Assembly (NCBI GenBank): GCA_017555865.1
Contig: JAFZFM010000189.1
Coordinates: 1-40,437, forward strand
Direction of reading: 5' to 3'
Source of the DNA: Bacteroidaceae bacterium
Lineage (GTDB): Bacteria > Bacteroidota > Bacteroidia > Bacteroidales > Bacteroidaceae
DNA: 40,437 nucleotides
The position numbers and the translations under genes are program-made. Shown in pieces: positions 7,993 through 17,517 of the stretch. The notes below the pieces were generated by a model. That model worked only from the letters and a program-made list of their open reading frames with translations, was not told the DNA's origin and ran no database searches. The number at the start of each line of letters is the position of its first letter. Within the stretch, counting starts at the first letter, position 1.

Positions 7993-10434
7993 ATGTATAT
8001 AAAGAATTTCATAACACTACTCAAAAGGTACACAACATCGTCGGTACTGAACATTTTTGGAATGGCAGTGGCCTTTGCAGCGGTGTATCTTATATTGGTA
8101 CAGGTAAATTACGACCTGTCATACAACAAAGGCATCCCAAATGCCGGTAATATCTACCGTCTGGAACATCCCAATTTTAGCGAGGAGGGTTATTGGGATA
8201 CCACCTGGCCTCGTCAGTTACCCGATGACCTATGCAAGGAAATACCCGAGATTGAAAAGAGTGGTACAATAACAACTTCAGGTCATTATAACATTAATGA
8301 CATATATTCAAGAAAGCAGGGCGGGCGCATTGATAATATTTTGCTGAACCTGTGTGAGACGGAGCGCGATGGTCTGGAGCTTCTTGGCATTGATATAATA
8401 GAGGGCTCACTCGAAGATGTTATAAACCATTATACTCTGGTCCTTAAAGAGTCTGTTGCAAAAAGGTTCAACCTTTCGGTTGGTGATGTACTATGCTACG
8501 GCCGTGATGCCAATGAGGAGAACACAGCTACAGTGGTGGCAATATGCAAGGACTTCCCTTCTCCGAGTGTCCTTGACGGAACCGATGGTTGGGGTGGTAT
8601 GTCGATTGCGCAGGAGAATGAAAACCCCAACAATTGGAACAACCCTTATTACATACAGCTCGCAGACGGTGCATCACCCGATGCTGTTGTTGAGAAGATG
8701 AAGGAGGCTCTGTTACGTACATTGAATGTCGAGCACGAACTGTATGCTGATGAAGAAACCGTCGAGCAATACATTAAAATGGCTGCTCCGCGCCTTAATC
8801 CGTTGACTGAACTCTATTTCTCAAATGATATCAGCTCTGCTTATCACGAGGTGGGTAACAGGCTCACAACATATACATTCATTGCAATAGCGCTGCTCAT
8901 AATTCTCATTGCAATGATAAACTTTGTGAACTTCTTCTTTGCACTCATCCCCGTGCGCATAAAGGCAATAAATACATACAAGGTCTTTGGTGCACCGACA
9001 TTGGTTCTGCGTCTCAATTTCTTTGTCGAGACTGTAGGGCTTGTATTTATCTCACTTGCGGTAGCAACAATGCTTGTATCCCTTTTTGCCGAGACGCAGT
9101 TGGTAGAGCAACTCTCCACATCTGTAAGTCTCTATGAAAATTGGCATATAGCTCTGTTCGTTGCGTCGGTAGCTATTATTGCCGGGTTGGCGGCAAGTAT
9201 ATATCCTGCATTTTATATCACACGCTTCTCGCCGGCTATGGTGTTGTCCGGTTTCCATACATCGGCACCCGGTCGTCGTTTGCGCTACACCCTTGTTGCC
9301 GTTCAGTACTTTATCTCTATTACATTGATAATCTGTTCGCTTTTCATACACCGCCAACACGAGTATATGCTTGGGCACGATATGGGTTTCGACAAGGAAA
9401 ACCTTCTTGTAGTCAATAATTTGCCGGGGGAAACAGTGTTTGAGTCCTTTGATATGGAGAACGGATTGTCGCAGGTAAGGCGAGATGCCTTTGCCCAGAG
9501 CCTTGTGAAAAACCCTGCAATTGTTGATGTCGCTTTTTCCGACGGTTCGTTTGTGAAACCCTCAAGAATGCAGTGGGGACGCAATGTCGAAGGCAAGGGA
9601 ATATACTTTACGGTCTATCCTGTTTCGTGGGATTTCCTGCAGTTTATGAAGATTGATATTATCGATGGCAGGGATTTCCGTAGCAGTGACGAGTTTACTA
9701 CCGAGGGTGTTTACATATTCAACGAAGATGCTGCACGCAAAGTGGATATCAAAGTGGGTGACAAAATACCCGGACACCGCAGCGATGCCGAAGTCGTGGG
9801 TATATGCAGTGATTTCAACTATCGCCCCATGCAGTATAACATTGAACCATTCGCATTCTATGTATTCGGCAAATACCCCTGGAGACTCAATTCCACCATG
9901 TATGTGCGTACAGCTGCCGGTGCCGATATCTCTGCTGTCAAGGAGTATATAATGCAGACTATTGCAGAGTATGCGCCCAACGCCCCCACCGACAGCTATG
10001 ATGTAACCCTTTTTGATGCGGAACTTGAACAGCAGTATCAGAAAGAAAAGAAACTATCGTCCCTGATAACCCTGTTTACCATGCTCTCTATTCTGATATC
10101 TGTGATAGGTGTCTTCGGTCTTGTGCTCTTCGAAACACAGTATCGCCGCAAGGAGATTGGAATACGTCGTGTACATGGTTCATCGGTGGCTTCAATACTA
10201 AAGATGTTCAATATGATGTATCTGCGCATTGTGGCAATATGCTCAATAGTGGCAGTGCCTGTGAGCTATGTTATAATCAACCGCTGGATGCAACAGTTTG
10301 CCTATCGTGCGACAATGGCAGTATGGGTATATCTGCTTGCCATTGCCATTGTGGCGCTTATAACAATTACGACGGTTACGGCACGTGCCTACAAGGCTGC
10401 AAGTGACAATCCTGTCGATGCAATTTCAAGATAA
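7993..10434 (+). CDS. ABC transporter permease, duplicated FtsX/MacB-type (permease 1)
   Basis: 813 aa. The unit of TM helix, large periplasmic domain and three-TM FtsX domain occurs twice. The second FtsX domain has RRKEIGIRRVHGSS. The C-terminus is YKAASDNPVDAISR. Confidence 0.85.
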   Translation: MYIKNFITLLKRYTTSSVLNIFGMAVAFAAVYLILVQVNYDLSYNKGIPNAGNIYRLEHPNFSEEGYWDTTWPRQLPDDLCKEIPEIEKSGTITTSGHYNINDIYSRKQGGRIDNILLNLCETERDGLELLGIDIIEGSLEDVINHYTLVLKESVAKRFNLSVGDVLCYGRDANEENTATVVAICKDFPSPSVLDGTDGWGGMSIAQENENPNNWNNPYYIQLADGASPDAVVEKMKEALLRTLNVEHELYADEETVEQYIKMAAPRLNPLTELYFSNDISSAYHEVGNRLTTYTFIAIALLIILIAMINFVNFFFALIPVRIKAINTYKVFGAPTLVLRLNFFVETVGLVFISLAVATMLVSLFAETQLVEQLSTSVSLYENWHIALFVASVAIIAGLAASIYPAFYITRFSPAMVLSGFHTSAPGRRLRYTLVAVQYFISITLIICSLFIHRQHEYMLGHDMGFDKENLLVVNNLPGETVFESFDMENGLSQVRRDAFAQSLVKNPAIVDVAFSDGSFVKPSRMQWGRNVEGKGIYFTVYPVSWDFLQFMKIDIIDGRDFRSSDEFTTEGVYIFNEDAARKVDIKVGDKIPGHRSDAEVVGICSDFNYRPMQYNIEPFAFYVFGKYPWRLNSTMYVRTAAGADISAVKEYIMQTIAEYAPNAPTDSYDVTLFDAELEQQYQKEKKLSSLITLFTMLSILISVIGVFGLVLFETQYRRKEIGIRRVHGSSVASILKMFNMMYLRIVAICSIVAVPVSYVIINRWMQQFAYRATMAVWVYLLAIAIVALITITTVTARAYKAASDNPVDAISR

Positions 10435-10462
10435 ATAATCAATAATTAAAAACAATACAATT

Positions 10463-11143
10463 ATGCTTAAAGTAGAAAATTTGAAGAAGAGTTTCTTCAC
10501 CGAAGAGATTGAGACCATTGCATTGAACGGTGTTTCGTTCGAAGTTAAAGAGGGTGAGTTTGTTGCTGTCATGGGGCCCTCGGGTTGTGGAAAATCAACC
10601 CTGCTGAATATCCTCGGTTTGCTAGATAATCCCACCGAGGGAAGTTACAGCCTACTTGGTAAGGAGGTCGGTAGCTTGCGCGAGAGGGAGCGTACACAGT
10701 TCCGCAAGGGAAACCTTGGCTTTGTATTCCAGTCGTTCAACCTCATCGACGAAATGACTGTGTTCGAGAACGTTGAGCTTCCGCTTGTGTTTATGGGCGT
10801 AAAGGCGTCGGAGCGCAAGAAACGTGTGAATGAAATACTTGACCGCATGAACATTTCGCACCGTGCAGGCCATTTCCCACAACAGCTATCAGGTGGTCAG
10901 CAGCAACGTGTGGCAATAGCGCGTGCCGTAATCTCCAACCCCAAGCTTGTACTTGCCGATGAGCCTACCGGTAATCTTGACTCAAAGAATGGTCAAGAGG
11001 TAATGATGTTGCTTCAGGAACTAAACCGCGAAGGAACAACAATCATCATGGTTACACACTCGCAACACGATGCGCAGTTTGCTTCACGTACAATCTGTCT
11101 GTTCGACGGACAGATAGTGACCGATGTGGCAAACAAATTGTAA
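10463..11143 (+). CDS. ABC transporter ATP-binding protein (MacB/LolD-type)
   Basis: 226 aa. Walker A is GPSGCGKST, the ABC signature is LSGGQQQRVAIARA and Walker B is LVLADEPTGNLD. Confidence 0.92.
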   Translation: MLKVENLKKSFFTEEIETIALNGVSFEVKEGEFVAVMGPSGCGKSTLLNILGLLDNPTEGSYSLLGKEVGSLRERERTQFRKGNLGFVFQSFNLIDEMTVFENVELPLVFMGVKASERKKRVNEILDRMNISHRAGHFPQQLSGGQQQRVAIARAVISNPKLVLADEPTGNLDSKNGQEVMMLLQELNREGTTIIMVTHSQHDAQFASRTICLFDGQIVTDVANKL

Positions 11144-11359
11144 TAAAACCATTGTACCGGGCAAATACTGCGTTATGCTCGTTGCTGTGGTGCTCATTTA
11201 CGCTCAGTAAACTGCGCTCCCCGCAACTTCGCAAGCCTTGTCTTTGCCTCGCTACAATGATTTTAAGAGATGACGGGCAAATACGCAGTGTGCTTGCTCT
11301 TCAGCACTCTTGCAGGCATCACAGCCTTTGCCTTGTCAAAAACATTCTAATTGGATTAT

Positions 11360-13684
11360 ATGCAATTATTCAACTATTCATTCCGCTATCTACTTAAAAA
11401 CCGTGGCAATTCATTGGCAAGGTTGCTCTCCTTGTCAATGGGTGTTGCCATTGCGCTTCTTGTGTTCTCCTACGTGGGCTTGAATCTCTCTTTCAACAAC
11501 TCTTTTCCCAATAAGGAGAGGGTATTCCAGGTGTGGGCGAAATCGCCGCAGATTGGAGGAATGGCTCATAAACTGGTAAAGCCGTTGGCACCTAATCTTG
11601 TAGCCGATATACCACAGGTTGAGGCTGCTGTACACTTTGAAGAGGTGCAGAAAATTTTCGGCACTACTGATAACTTGATGGAGGCTACAGCTCTACAGAC
11701 AAACAGTTCCTTTTTTGATGTCCTTGACTTTGGAGTTATAAGTGGTGACCCGCACAGGATACTCAGCAGCGAGGGGGCTGCCGGTGGCGAGGTGATGATT
11801 TCGGAGCGTCTTGCAAAGAAAATGTTCGGTGACGATGACCCGCTTGGCAAGAAACTGGGAAATGAAATTGTTGCCGGTGTCTTTCAGACGCCTGCCGTCA
11901 ACCAGTCGATAGGGGATTTTGATATTCTTGAGCATCTGCCATATGACAGCGATGATGAGATATGGACAGGGCAGGATAGTTATACCACATTCATCAAACT
12001 GTGCGAGGGTGCCGATATTGCTCAGGTCGAGGCTGTAATGCCCGAATTTGTAAGGAATCACGGTATTGAGGATTACTGTAAGGAGTGGCAGATGACATAC
12101 CATTTTGTACCGCTCACATCTACAATATATGTAGAGAGCGATGTAAGAGCCATGCAGATGATATATTCGGCAATAGCGCTGATAGCACTTGTGGTGGCTT
12201 GTATGAACTATGTGTTGCTTACCATTTCTTCCCTTTCCGAGCGCAGCCGCACAATTGCTACAATGAAATGCAACGGTGCTTCGCGAGCAGTTATTTTCAG
12301 GATGCTCATGGCCGAGACTTTTCTCATATTGCTTGTTTCTGTCGCTGTTGCTGCAGTTGTCCTGACAAGTATGCATAGCCAGATATTTGACCTTTTCGGG
12401 TACAAGTTCAGTGATATCTTTGCATTGGAGCGTATATGGATACCTCTGTTGGTGTGTCTGTTGGCCTTTGCTGTTGCCGGTATTGTTCCGGCTATGATAT
12501 TCTCGGTGGTGAGCGTTGACTATGCTTTCCGTCGTGGTGGCGACAACAGGGCGTGGTGGAAAAAGTCACTTCTCTTCCTGCAGATTACAATGGCTGTAGC
12601 TGTGGTCATATTCCTTATGGTAAGCAACAGGCAGGTATCTTATCTGGCCAATGCCGATTATGGATATAAGTTCGACAGGCTTGTGGCGCTAGAACTCTCG
12701 ACAAAAGTATGCGATGCAGGACCCATTGCCGACAAGCTGCGCACCCTGCCGTTTGTAGAGAATGTAGGACTCTCCTCGCAGTCTCCACTATCGGGGTATT
12801 CCGGAATGCCATGTGTCGATGACAAGGGCAATCTGTTGTTTTCGTGCCGTTGGGATATCGTAGACCACAATTATATTCCCTCAATGCAGATGGATATTGT
12901 ACTAGGACGTAATTTCCTGCCTACTGATGGTGCCAACAGGGTGATTGTGAACGAAAAGTATGTTGAGAAGCGTGGCTGGAGTGATTCACCCATAGGCAAG
13001 ACCATATACGACAGTTCTATGGTGCCGTTTGAAATAGTGGGTGTTGTTGCCGACTATCGTATGATGAGTACCGGTGAGGTGCTACCGATTGTGCTGCATA
13101 CGGTACCTTATATCAGTGATATTGCTCCTGATTACAAATTTGTGGTGCTGTACAATATTCTGTTGACCGGTATTGACGAGGATAATATGAAAGCGCTTGA
13201 CAAGGCTGTTTCGTCAATATATGACGATTATTATAAATACAAGATAATAACATACCAGGAGTGGATAGATTTGACATTTGCCGATATAAGACAAATGCGT
13301 GACGGTATGTTTATAGTTGCATTTGTGGTGCTTGTGATTTCGCTTATAGGACTGTGCGGTTATCTGCTGGGTGAGATGGCACGCCGTCGCAAGGAAATTG
13401 CAGTACGTAAGGTCTGCGGTGCAACAATTGGCGAGGTTCTTGCCGTCTTGGGTACAAGGTTCCTGTGGATTGTGTTGCCTGCAACAGTGTGTGGTGTTGC
13501 TGTTGCGGTGTGGAGTAACGACACCTATCTCTCGACACGTGCACAGATGAGATGTACTGTACCTTGGTGGTTATATCTGTTGGGGGCACTATTGGTGGTT
13601 ACAATAGTATATGCTGTACAGATGTTCATTGCATTGAGAGCTGCCATGGCAAATCCTGTCGATACTATAAAAAAGAACAATTGA
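11360..13684 (+). CDS. ABC transporter permease, duplicated FtsX/MacB-type (permease 2)
   Basis: The track starts at TTG 11351. The first ATG is at 11360 (MQLFNYSFRYLLKNRGNS, a typical FtsX-permease N-terminus). Both FtsX domains are present (RSRTIATMKCNGAS and RRKEIAVRKVCGAT). Confidence 0.85.
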   Translation: MQLFNYSFRYLLKNRGNSLARLLSLSMGVAIALLVFSYVGLNLSFNNSFPNKERVFQVWAKSPQIGGMAHKLVKPLAPNLVADIPQVEAAVHFEEVQKIFGTTDNLMEATALQTNSSFFDVLDFGVISGDPHRILSSEGAAGGEVMISERLAKKMFGDDDPLGKKLGNEIVAGVFQTPAVNQSIGDFDILEHLPYDSDDEIWTGQDSYTTFIKLCEGADIAQVEAVMPEFVRNHGIEDYCKEWQMTYHFVPLTSTIYVESDVRAMQMIYSAIALIALVVACMNYVLLTISSLSERSRTIATMKCNGASRAVIFRMLMAETFLILLVSVAVAAVVLTSMHSQIFDLFGYKFSDIFALERIWIPLLVCLLAFAVAGIVPAMIFSVVSVDYAFRRGGDNRAWWKKSLLFLQITMAVAVVIFLMVSNRQVSYLANADYGYKFDRLVALELSTKVCDAGPIADKLRTLPFVENVGLSSQSPLSGYSGMPCVDDKGNLLFSCRWDIVDHNYIPSMQMDIVLGRNFLPTDGANRVIVNEKYVEKRGWSDSPIGKTIYDSSMVPFEIVGVVADYRMMSTGEVLPIVLHTVPYISDIAPDYKFVVLYNILLTGIDEDNMKALDKAVSSIYDDYYKYKIITYQEWIDLTFADIRQMRDGMFIVAFVVLVISLIGLCGYLLGEMARRRKEIAVRKVCGATIGEVLAVLGTRFLWIVLPATVCGVAVAVWSNDTYLSTRAQMRCTVPWWLYLLGALLVVTIVYAVQMFIALRAAMANPVDTIKKNN

Positions 13685-13699
13685 TAAAATAAAAACACT

Positions 13700-16072
13700 A
13701 TGAAAATAGCATTCAAAAACTTTATAACAACGCTCAAGCGCTTTAAGGTGGCATCGCTACTCAACGTGGTGGGGCTCACACTGGCCTTTGCTGCCTTCTA
13801 CATTATTATGGCACAGGTGTACAGTGCTTTCACCTACAACGGTTCCATTAAGGACAATGAGCGGATATATATGATATCGCCTTACAGCGAAATGTTGGGA
13901 CGCTATAATGAAAATGCGCCCAATCCTGTTTCATACGAAACCGCAGAGGCTTTGCCTGTTGTTGAGAGCATTGCCTCAATGGCGTGGTATGAGAGCCCCA
14001 CCCATGTGTGGATAAATGGCAACGGGAATGGCTATGAGAAGTTCAAATGCGGTGTTACCAAATGCAACAGCACACTGCTCGATGTATTCTCGTTCGGCAT
14101 TGTTGCAGGAAACACCGAAGACTTCGGGCAGATGAATGCAGCTGTGGTGTCGGAGAGCATGGCAAAGACAATGGGTATAACTGTTGGAGATGTCATCAAA
14201 CTCGAGGAGGGAGAACTTGTACCGGGTACACCGCTCACGGTTGTTGCAATATTCGAGGATTTTGACGAGAATACCATTCTTGGCGGACGGCACATATTCC
14301 GCAACGACAACAGGAAAGACGGTTTGGTAAACAACAACTGGAACTATTCGGTATTCGTGAAGTTCCGGGAAGGGGCCGGCACTGATGAATATATTGCTTT
14401 GTGGCAAAAGAGGTACTATGAATTCAACGAAAGTATGTATGAGCAATATATTGCTGCAACAGGAACCAAAATCAGCAAGGAGGAGAAAGAGAAACTGTGT
14501 AAACTGGAAATAAAACTTGTGCCTATGGATGAGTTTTATTTCAATACACAGTTTGAAAATTACTTGAACGGTTCCATCGGCACAACGATTACACAGCTTG
14601 CAATTGCTCTGGTAATTGTAATTGTGGCTTTCATAAACTTTGTAAACTTCTTTATGGCTCTTGTGCCTGTACGCATGCGGACAGTGAATATATGCAAGGT
14701 TTTTGGTGCAAGCAGCAAAACATTGCGATGGAACTTTATTTTTGAGGCCGTAGGGTTGGTGCTTATTGCTCTTGTCATTGCCTTTTACATGATATATGCC
14801 GTACAGGGTACCGGTATAAACGAGTATGTAAACTTCTCGTTGGCAATGGGCGATAATGCAGAAAGCGTAGTGCTTGTGTGTACAGTTGCCATTATAATGG
14901 CTGTAGCGGCAGCCGTTTATCCTGCATTCTACATTACAGGTTTCAATGCCTCGCTTGCTGTCAAAAAAGGATTTGCAAACTCAAAGGCCGGCCGCGCCTT
15001 GCGTTCGGGGCTTGTGGCATTGCAGTTTACGGTATCTATGGTACTTATGGTTCTTGCACTTGTATTCTCCATGCAATATAGTTATATGGTACGTTACGAT
15101 ATTGGTGTGGATAGGGAGAATATGCTTATGATAAAATCGGAAGACCTTGCACCGAAACATGAACTTTTCATCGAGACACTTGCTGCAAACCCTAATATAG
15201 AGGCTGTGACATCGACAAATTGGGGACTTTTCGGTTCCGGCGACTACAATTCGAGGCTGATAGATGGTGTTACTGTGAAAATGCAGATACATTATGTGCG
15301 GCACAATGCTCCGCAGGTATTCGGTATTCCTGTAATAATGGGGCATGGTTTTGTTAAGGGCTCTCCCGGATACTTGATAACAGATTACACATCACAGGCA
15401 ACAGGGCTTGGCATTGGTGACAAATGGGATAATGAAGAGATAATAGGTATAATACCTCACATAAACTTTGTGGGGGCAAACAAGGCCAAAATGAATACGA
15501 TGCTTTACAGTCAAGCCTCGTCGGATTACCGTATGTATTTCTATGTACGCCTTGGCAAGAATGTGGATATTGAGGAGGTTTGTGCCGATATACGTGCCAT
15601 TGCAAAAGAGATTGAACCCAATGCCGATGAACCCAAAATTGAGTTTGTCGATGATGCTGTTGCAAGAATTTATGGAGATACCAAGAAACAGACTGTCCTT
15701 ATTTCAATGTTTGCCTTCATCGCGGTTGTAATATCACTCATGGGAGTGTTCGGTATTGTGATGTTCGAGACACAACACCGCCGTAGCGAAATTGCTGTGC
15801 GCAAGGTGTACGGTGCAACGGTTGGCGGTGTGGTTGCCATGTTCAACCGTCGTTATCTTGCCATCATAGTTCTGTGTTTTGTGATCGCCGCCCCTGTGGC
15901 ATGGCTCATTGCCGACAACTGGTTGCAGCAGTTTGTGAACCGCATAGAATTGGCAATATGGTTGCCGTTGTCTGTGCTTGTTGCAGTTGCTGTGGTAACA
16001 GTAGCCTTGGTGAGTGTACGTAGCCTGAAAGCTGCCACAGAAAACCCGGCCGATGTCGTAAAATCGAATTAA
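13700..16072 (+). CDS. ABC transporter permease, duplicated FtsX/MacB-type (permease 3, paralog of permease 1)
   Basis: 790 aa. Its N-terminus MKIAFKNFITTLKRFKVASLLNVVGLTLAFAAFYI parallels permease 1 (MYIKNFITLLKRYTTSSVLNIFGMAVAFAAVYL). FINFVNFFMALVPVRMRTVNICKVFGAS matches FINFVNFFFALIPVRIKAINTYKVFGAP. Confidence 0.85.
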   Translation: MKIAFKNFITTLKRFKVASLLNVVGLTLAFAAFYIIMAQVYSAFTYNGSIKDNERIYMISPYSEMLGRYNENAPNPVSYETAEALPVVESIASMAWYESPTHVWINGNGNGYEKFKCGVTKCNSTLLDVFSFGIVAGNTEDFGQMNAAVVSESMAKTMGITVGDVIKLEEGELVPGTPLTVVAIFEDFDENTILGGRHIFRNDNRKDGLVNNNWNYSVFVKFREGAGTDEYIALWQKRYYEFNESMYEQYIAATGTKISKEEKEKLCKLEIKLVPMDEFYFNTQFENYLNGSIGTTITQLAIALVIVIVAFINFVNFFMALVPVRMRTVNICKVFGASSKTLRWNFIFEAVGLVLIALVIAFYMIYAVQGTGINEYVNFSLAMGDNAESVVLVCTVAIIMAVAAAVYPAFYITGFNASLAVKKGFANSKAGRALRSGLVALQFTVSMVLMVLALVFSMQYSYMVRYDIGVDRENMLMIKSEDLAPKHELFIETLAANPNIEAVTSTNWGLFGSGDYNSRLIDGVTVKMQIHYVRHNAPQVFGIPVIMGHGFVKGSPGYLITDYTSQATGLGIGDKWDNEEIIGIIPHINFVGANKAKMNTMLYSQASSDYRMYFYVRLGKNVDIEEVCADIRAIAKEIEPNADEPKIEFVDDAVARIYGDTKKQTVLISMFAFIAVVISLMGVFGIVMFETQHRRSEIAVRKVYGATVGGVVAMFNRRYLAIIVLCFVIAAPVAWLIADNWLQQFVNRIELAIWLPLSVLVAVAVVTVALVSVRSLKAATENPADVVKSN

Positions 16073-16088
16073 GCCTCTATTATGCGTG

Positions 16089-16120
16089 TTTGTCACATCG
16101 GGTCTACTCGGTGTGACAAA
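16089..16120 (+). terminator. hairpin (terminator or attenuator) between permease 3 and the response-regulator gene
   Basis: TTTGTCACA / TGTGACAAA is a perfect 9 bp stem. It can be extended by about 5 more pairs that include G-U. A T-rich stretch (ttgctgtttt) follows. Confidence 0.5.
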
Positions 16121-16173
16121 TATTGCTGTTTTAATTAAAAAATGATTAACTTCGCATCTATAAAAATACTTCT

Positions 16174-17517
16174 ATGGCAAAGAAAGGAACATTGCTCATT
16201 GTAGATGACAACAGGAATATATTGTCGGCTGTAAAGTTGCTTGCCGATAAATATTTTGCAAATGTTGTCACTCTCTCTTCACCCAATTCGCTGGTCTCTA
16301 CAATGATATCGGAGAAGCCCGATGTGTTGTTGCTCGACATGAACTTCCATGCCGGAATAAACAGCGGCAATGAGGGGCTGTTCTGGTTAAGGGAGGTAAA
16401 AGGTAAATTCCCGCATGTGAAGGTTGTATTATTTACAGCCTATGCCGATGTGAACCTGGCGGTGAATGCAATGAAGGAGGGTGCTTTTGATTTTGTAGTA
16501 AAGCCTTGGAATAATGAAAAACTGATAGAGACGTTGCTTGCAGCCTTTAATAACTCCAAGGATAAAAACAAAAAAACTGCACCACAACAGGTCAGGACCG
16601 AGATTCCTATGTTTTGGGGCAGTAGCCCCGAGATGGCCAATATAAGGACCATTGTGGAGCGTGTGGCAGCAACTGACGCAAATATTCTTATTACAGGTGA
16701 GAACGGAACAGGAAAAGAGGTTCTGGCGCGTGAGATACATCGTCTTTCAACCCGTAACGCAAGTGAGATGGTTTCGCTCGACATGGGTGCGATACCCGAA
16801 AACCTGTTCGAAAGTGAACTATTCGGTCATAAGAAGGGTGCTTTTACCGATGCTCATTCCGACCGAACCGGAAAGATGGTTGCTGCAGACGGCTCTACTC
16901 TTTTCATGGATGAGATAGGTAATCTGCCGCTACATCTGCAGGCAAAGATGTTGGTTGCATTGCAGAGCCGCAGTGTAATACCGATAGGAAGCAATATACA
17001 GCAGAGTGTGGATATACGATTGATTACAGCAACAAACCGTAACCTGTTTGCAATGGTGGAGAGCGGTGGGTTCAGACAGGACTTGTTGTACCGTATAAAT
17101 ACCATACATATAAATCTGCCTCCTTTGCGAAACCGTATAATGGATATTGTTCCACTTGCAGGAATGTTCATCGAACACTATTGCAGAAAGTACAACAAGG
17201 AACTCCTTAAACTCTCTCAACAAGCTGCCGGAAAACTGGTTACACATCCGTTTGAGGGCAATATCCGCGAGTTGCAGAATGTTATGGAAAAGGCTGTGAT
17301 AATGTGCGATGGCTGTGAAATAGATGTAGAACATCTGCAACTTTATGTCTCCCAGGCAATTGTGTCGGACGGGCAGACGCAGACACTTGAGGAGGTTGAA
17401 CGAAAGGCAATATCCGAGGCTATTATTTCGTGTGGTGGAAATCTTACGTTGGTTGCTCAGAGACTTGGAATAACAAGACAGACACTATACAATAAAATCA
17501 AGCGTTATGGTATATGA
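16174..17517 (+). CDS. sigma-54-dependent Fis-family response regulator (NtrC class)
   Basis: 447 aa. The receiver domain has LLLDMNF. The AAA+ domain has Walker A GENGTGKE, ESELFGH, a GAFTGA-loop variant GAFTDA, Walker B TLFMDEIG and FRQDLLYRIN. A C-terminal Fis-type HTH reads GNLTLVAQRLGITRQTLYNKIKRYGI. Confidence 0.92.
   Translation: MAKKGTLLIVDDNRNILSAVKLLADKYFANVVTLSSPNSLVSTMISEKPDVLLLDMNFHAGINSGNEGLFWLREVKGKFPHVKVVLFTAYADVNLAVNAMKEGAFDFVVKPWNNEKLIETLLAAFNNSKDKNKKTAPQQVRTEIPMFWGSSPEMANIRTIVERVAATDANILITGENGTGKEVLAREIHRLSTRNASEMVSLDMGAIPENLFESELFGHKKGAFTDAHSDRTGKMVAADGSTLFMDEIGNLPLHLQAKMLVALQSRSVIPIGSNIQQSVDIRLITATNRNLFAMVESGGFRQDLLYRINTIHINLPPLRNRIMDIVPLAGMFIEHYCRKYNKELLKLSQQAAGKLVTHPFEGNIRELQNVMEKAVIMCDGCEIDVEHLQLYVSQAIVSDGQTQTLEEVERKAISEAIISCGGNLTLVAQRLGITRQTLYNKIKRYGI

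Noticed and set aside
11152-11397. 81 aa ORF filling the ATPase / permease 2 spacer. I considered it as a possible exported peptide or bacteriocin precursor.
   Set aside because: It has no leader or double-glycine motif and a Cys/Leu/Arg-rich composition. It also runs out of frame into the next gene. The spacer is reported as an unexplained non-coding element instead.
11404-11419. A second sigma-54-like match, TGGCAATTCATTGGCA, with correct GG-N10-GC spacing.
   Set aside because: It lies inside the conserved N-terminal coding sequence of permease 2 (codons for NRGNSLARL), with no room for a downstream start codon. It is most likely a chance match imposed by the protein sequence.
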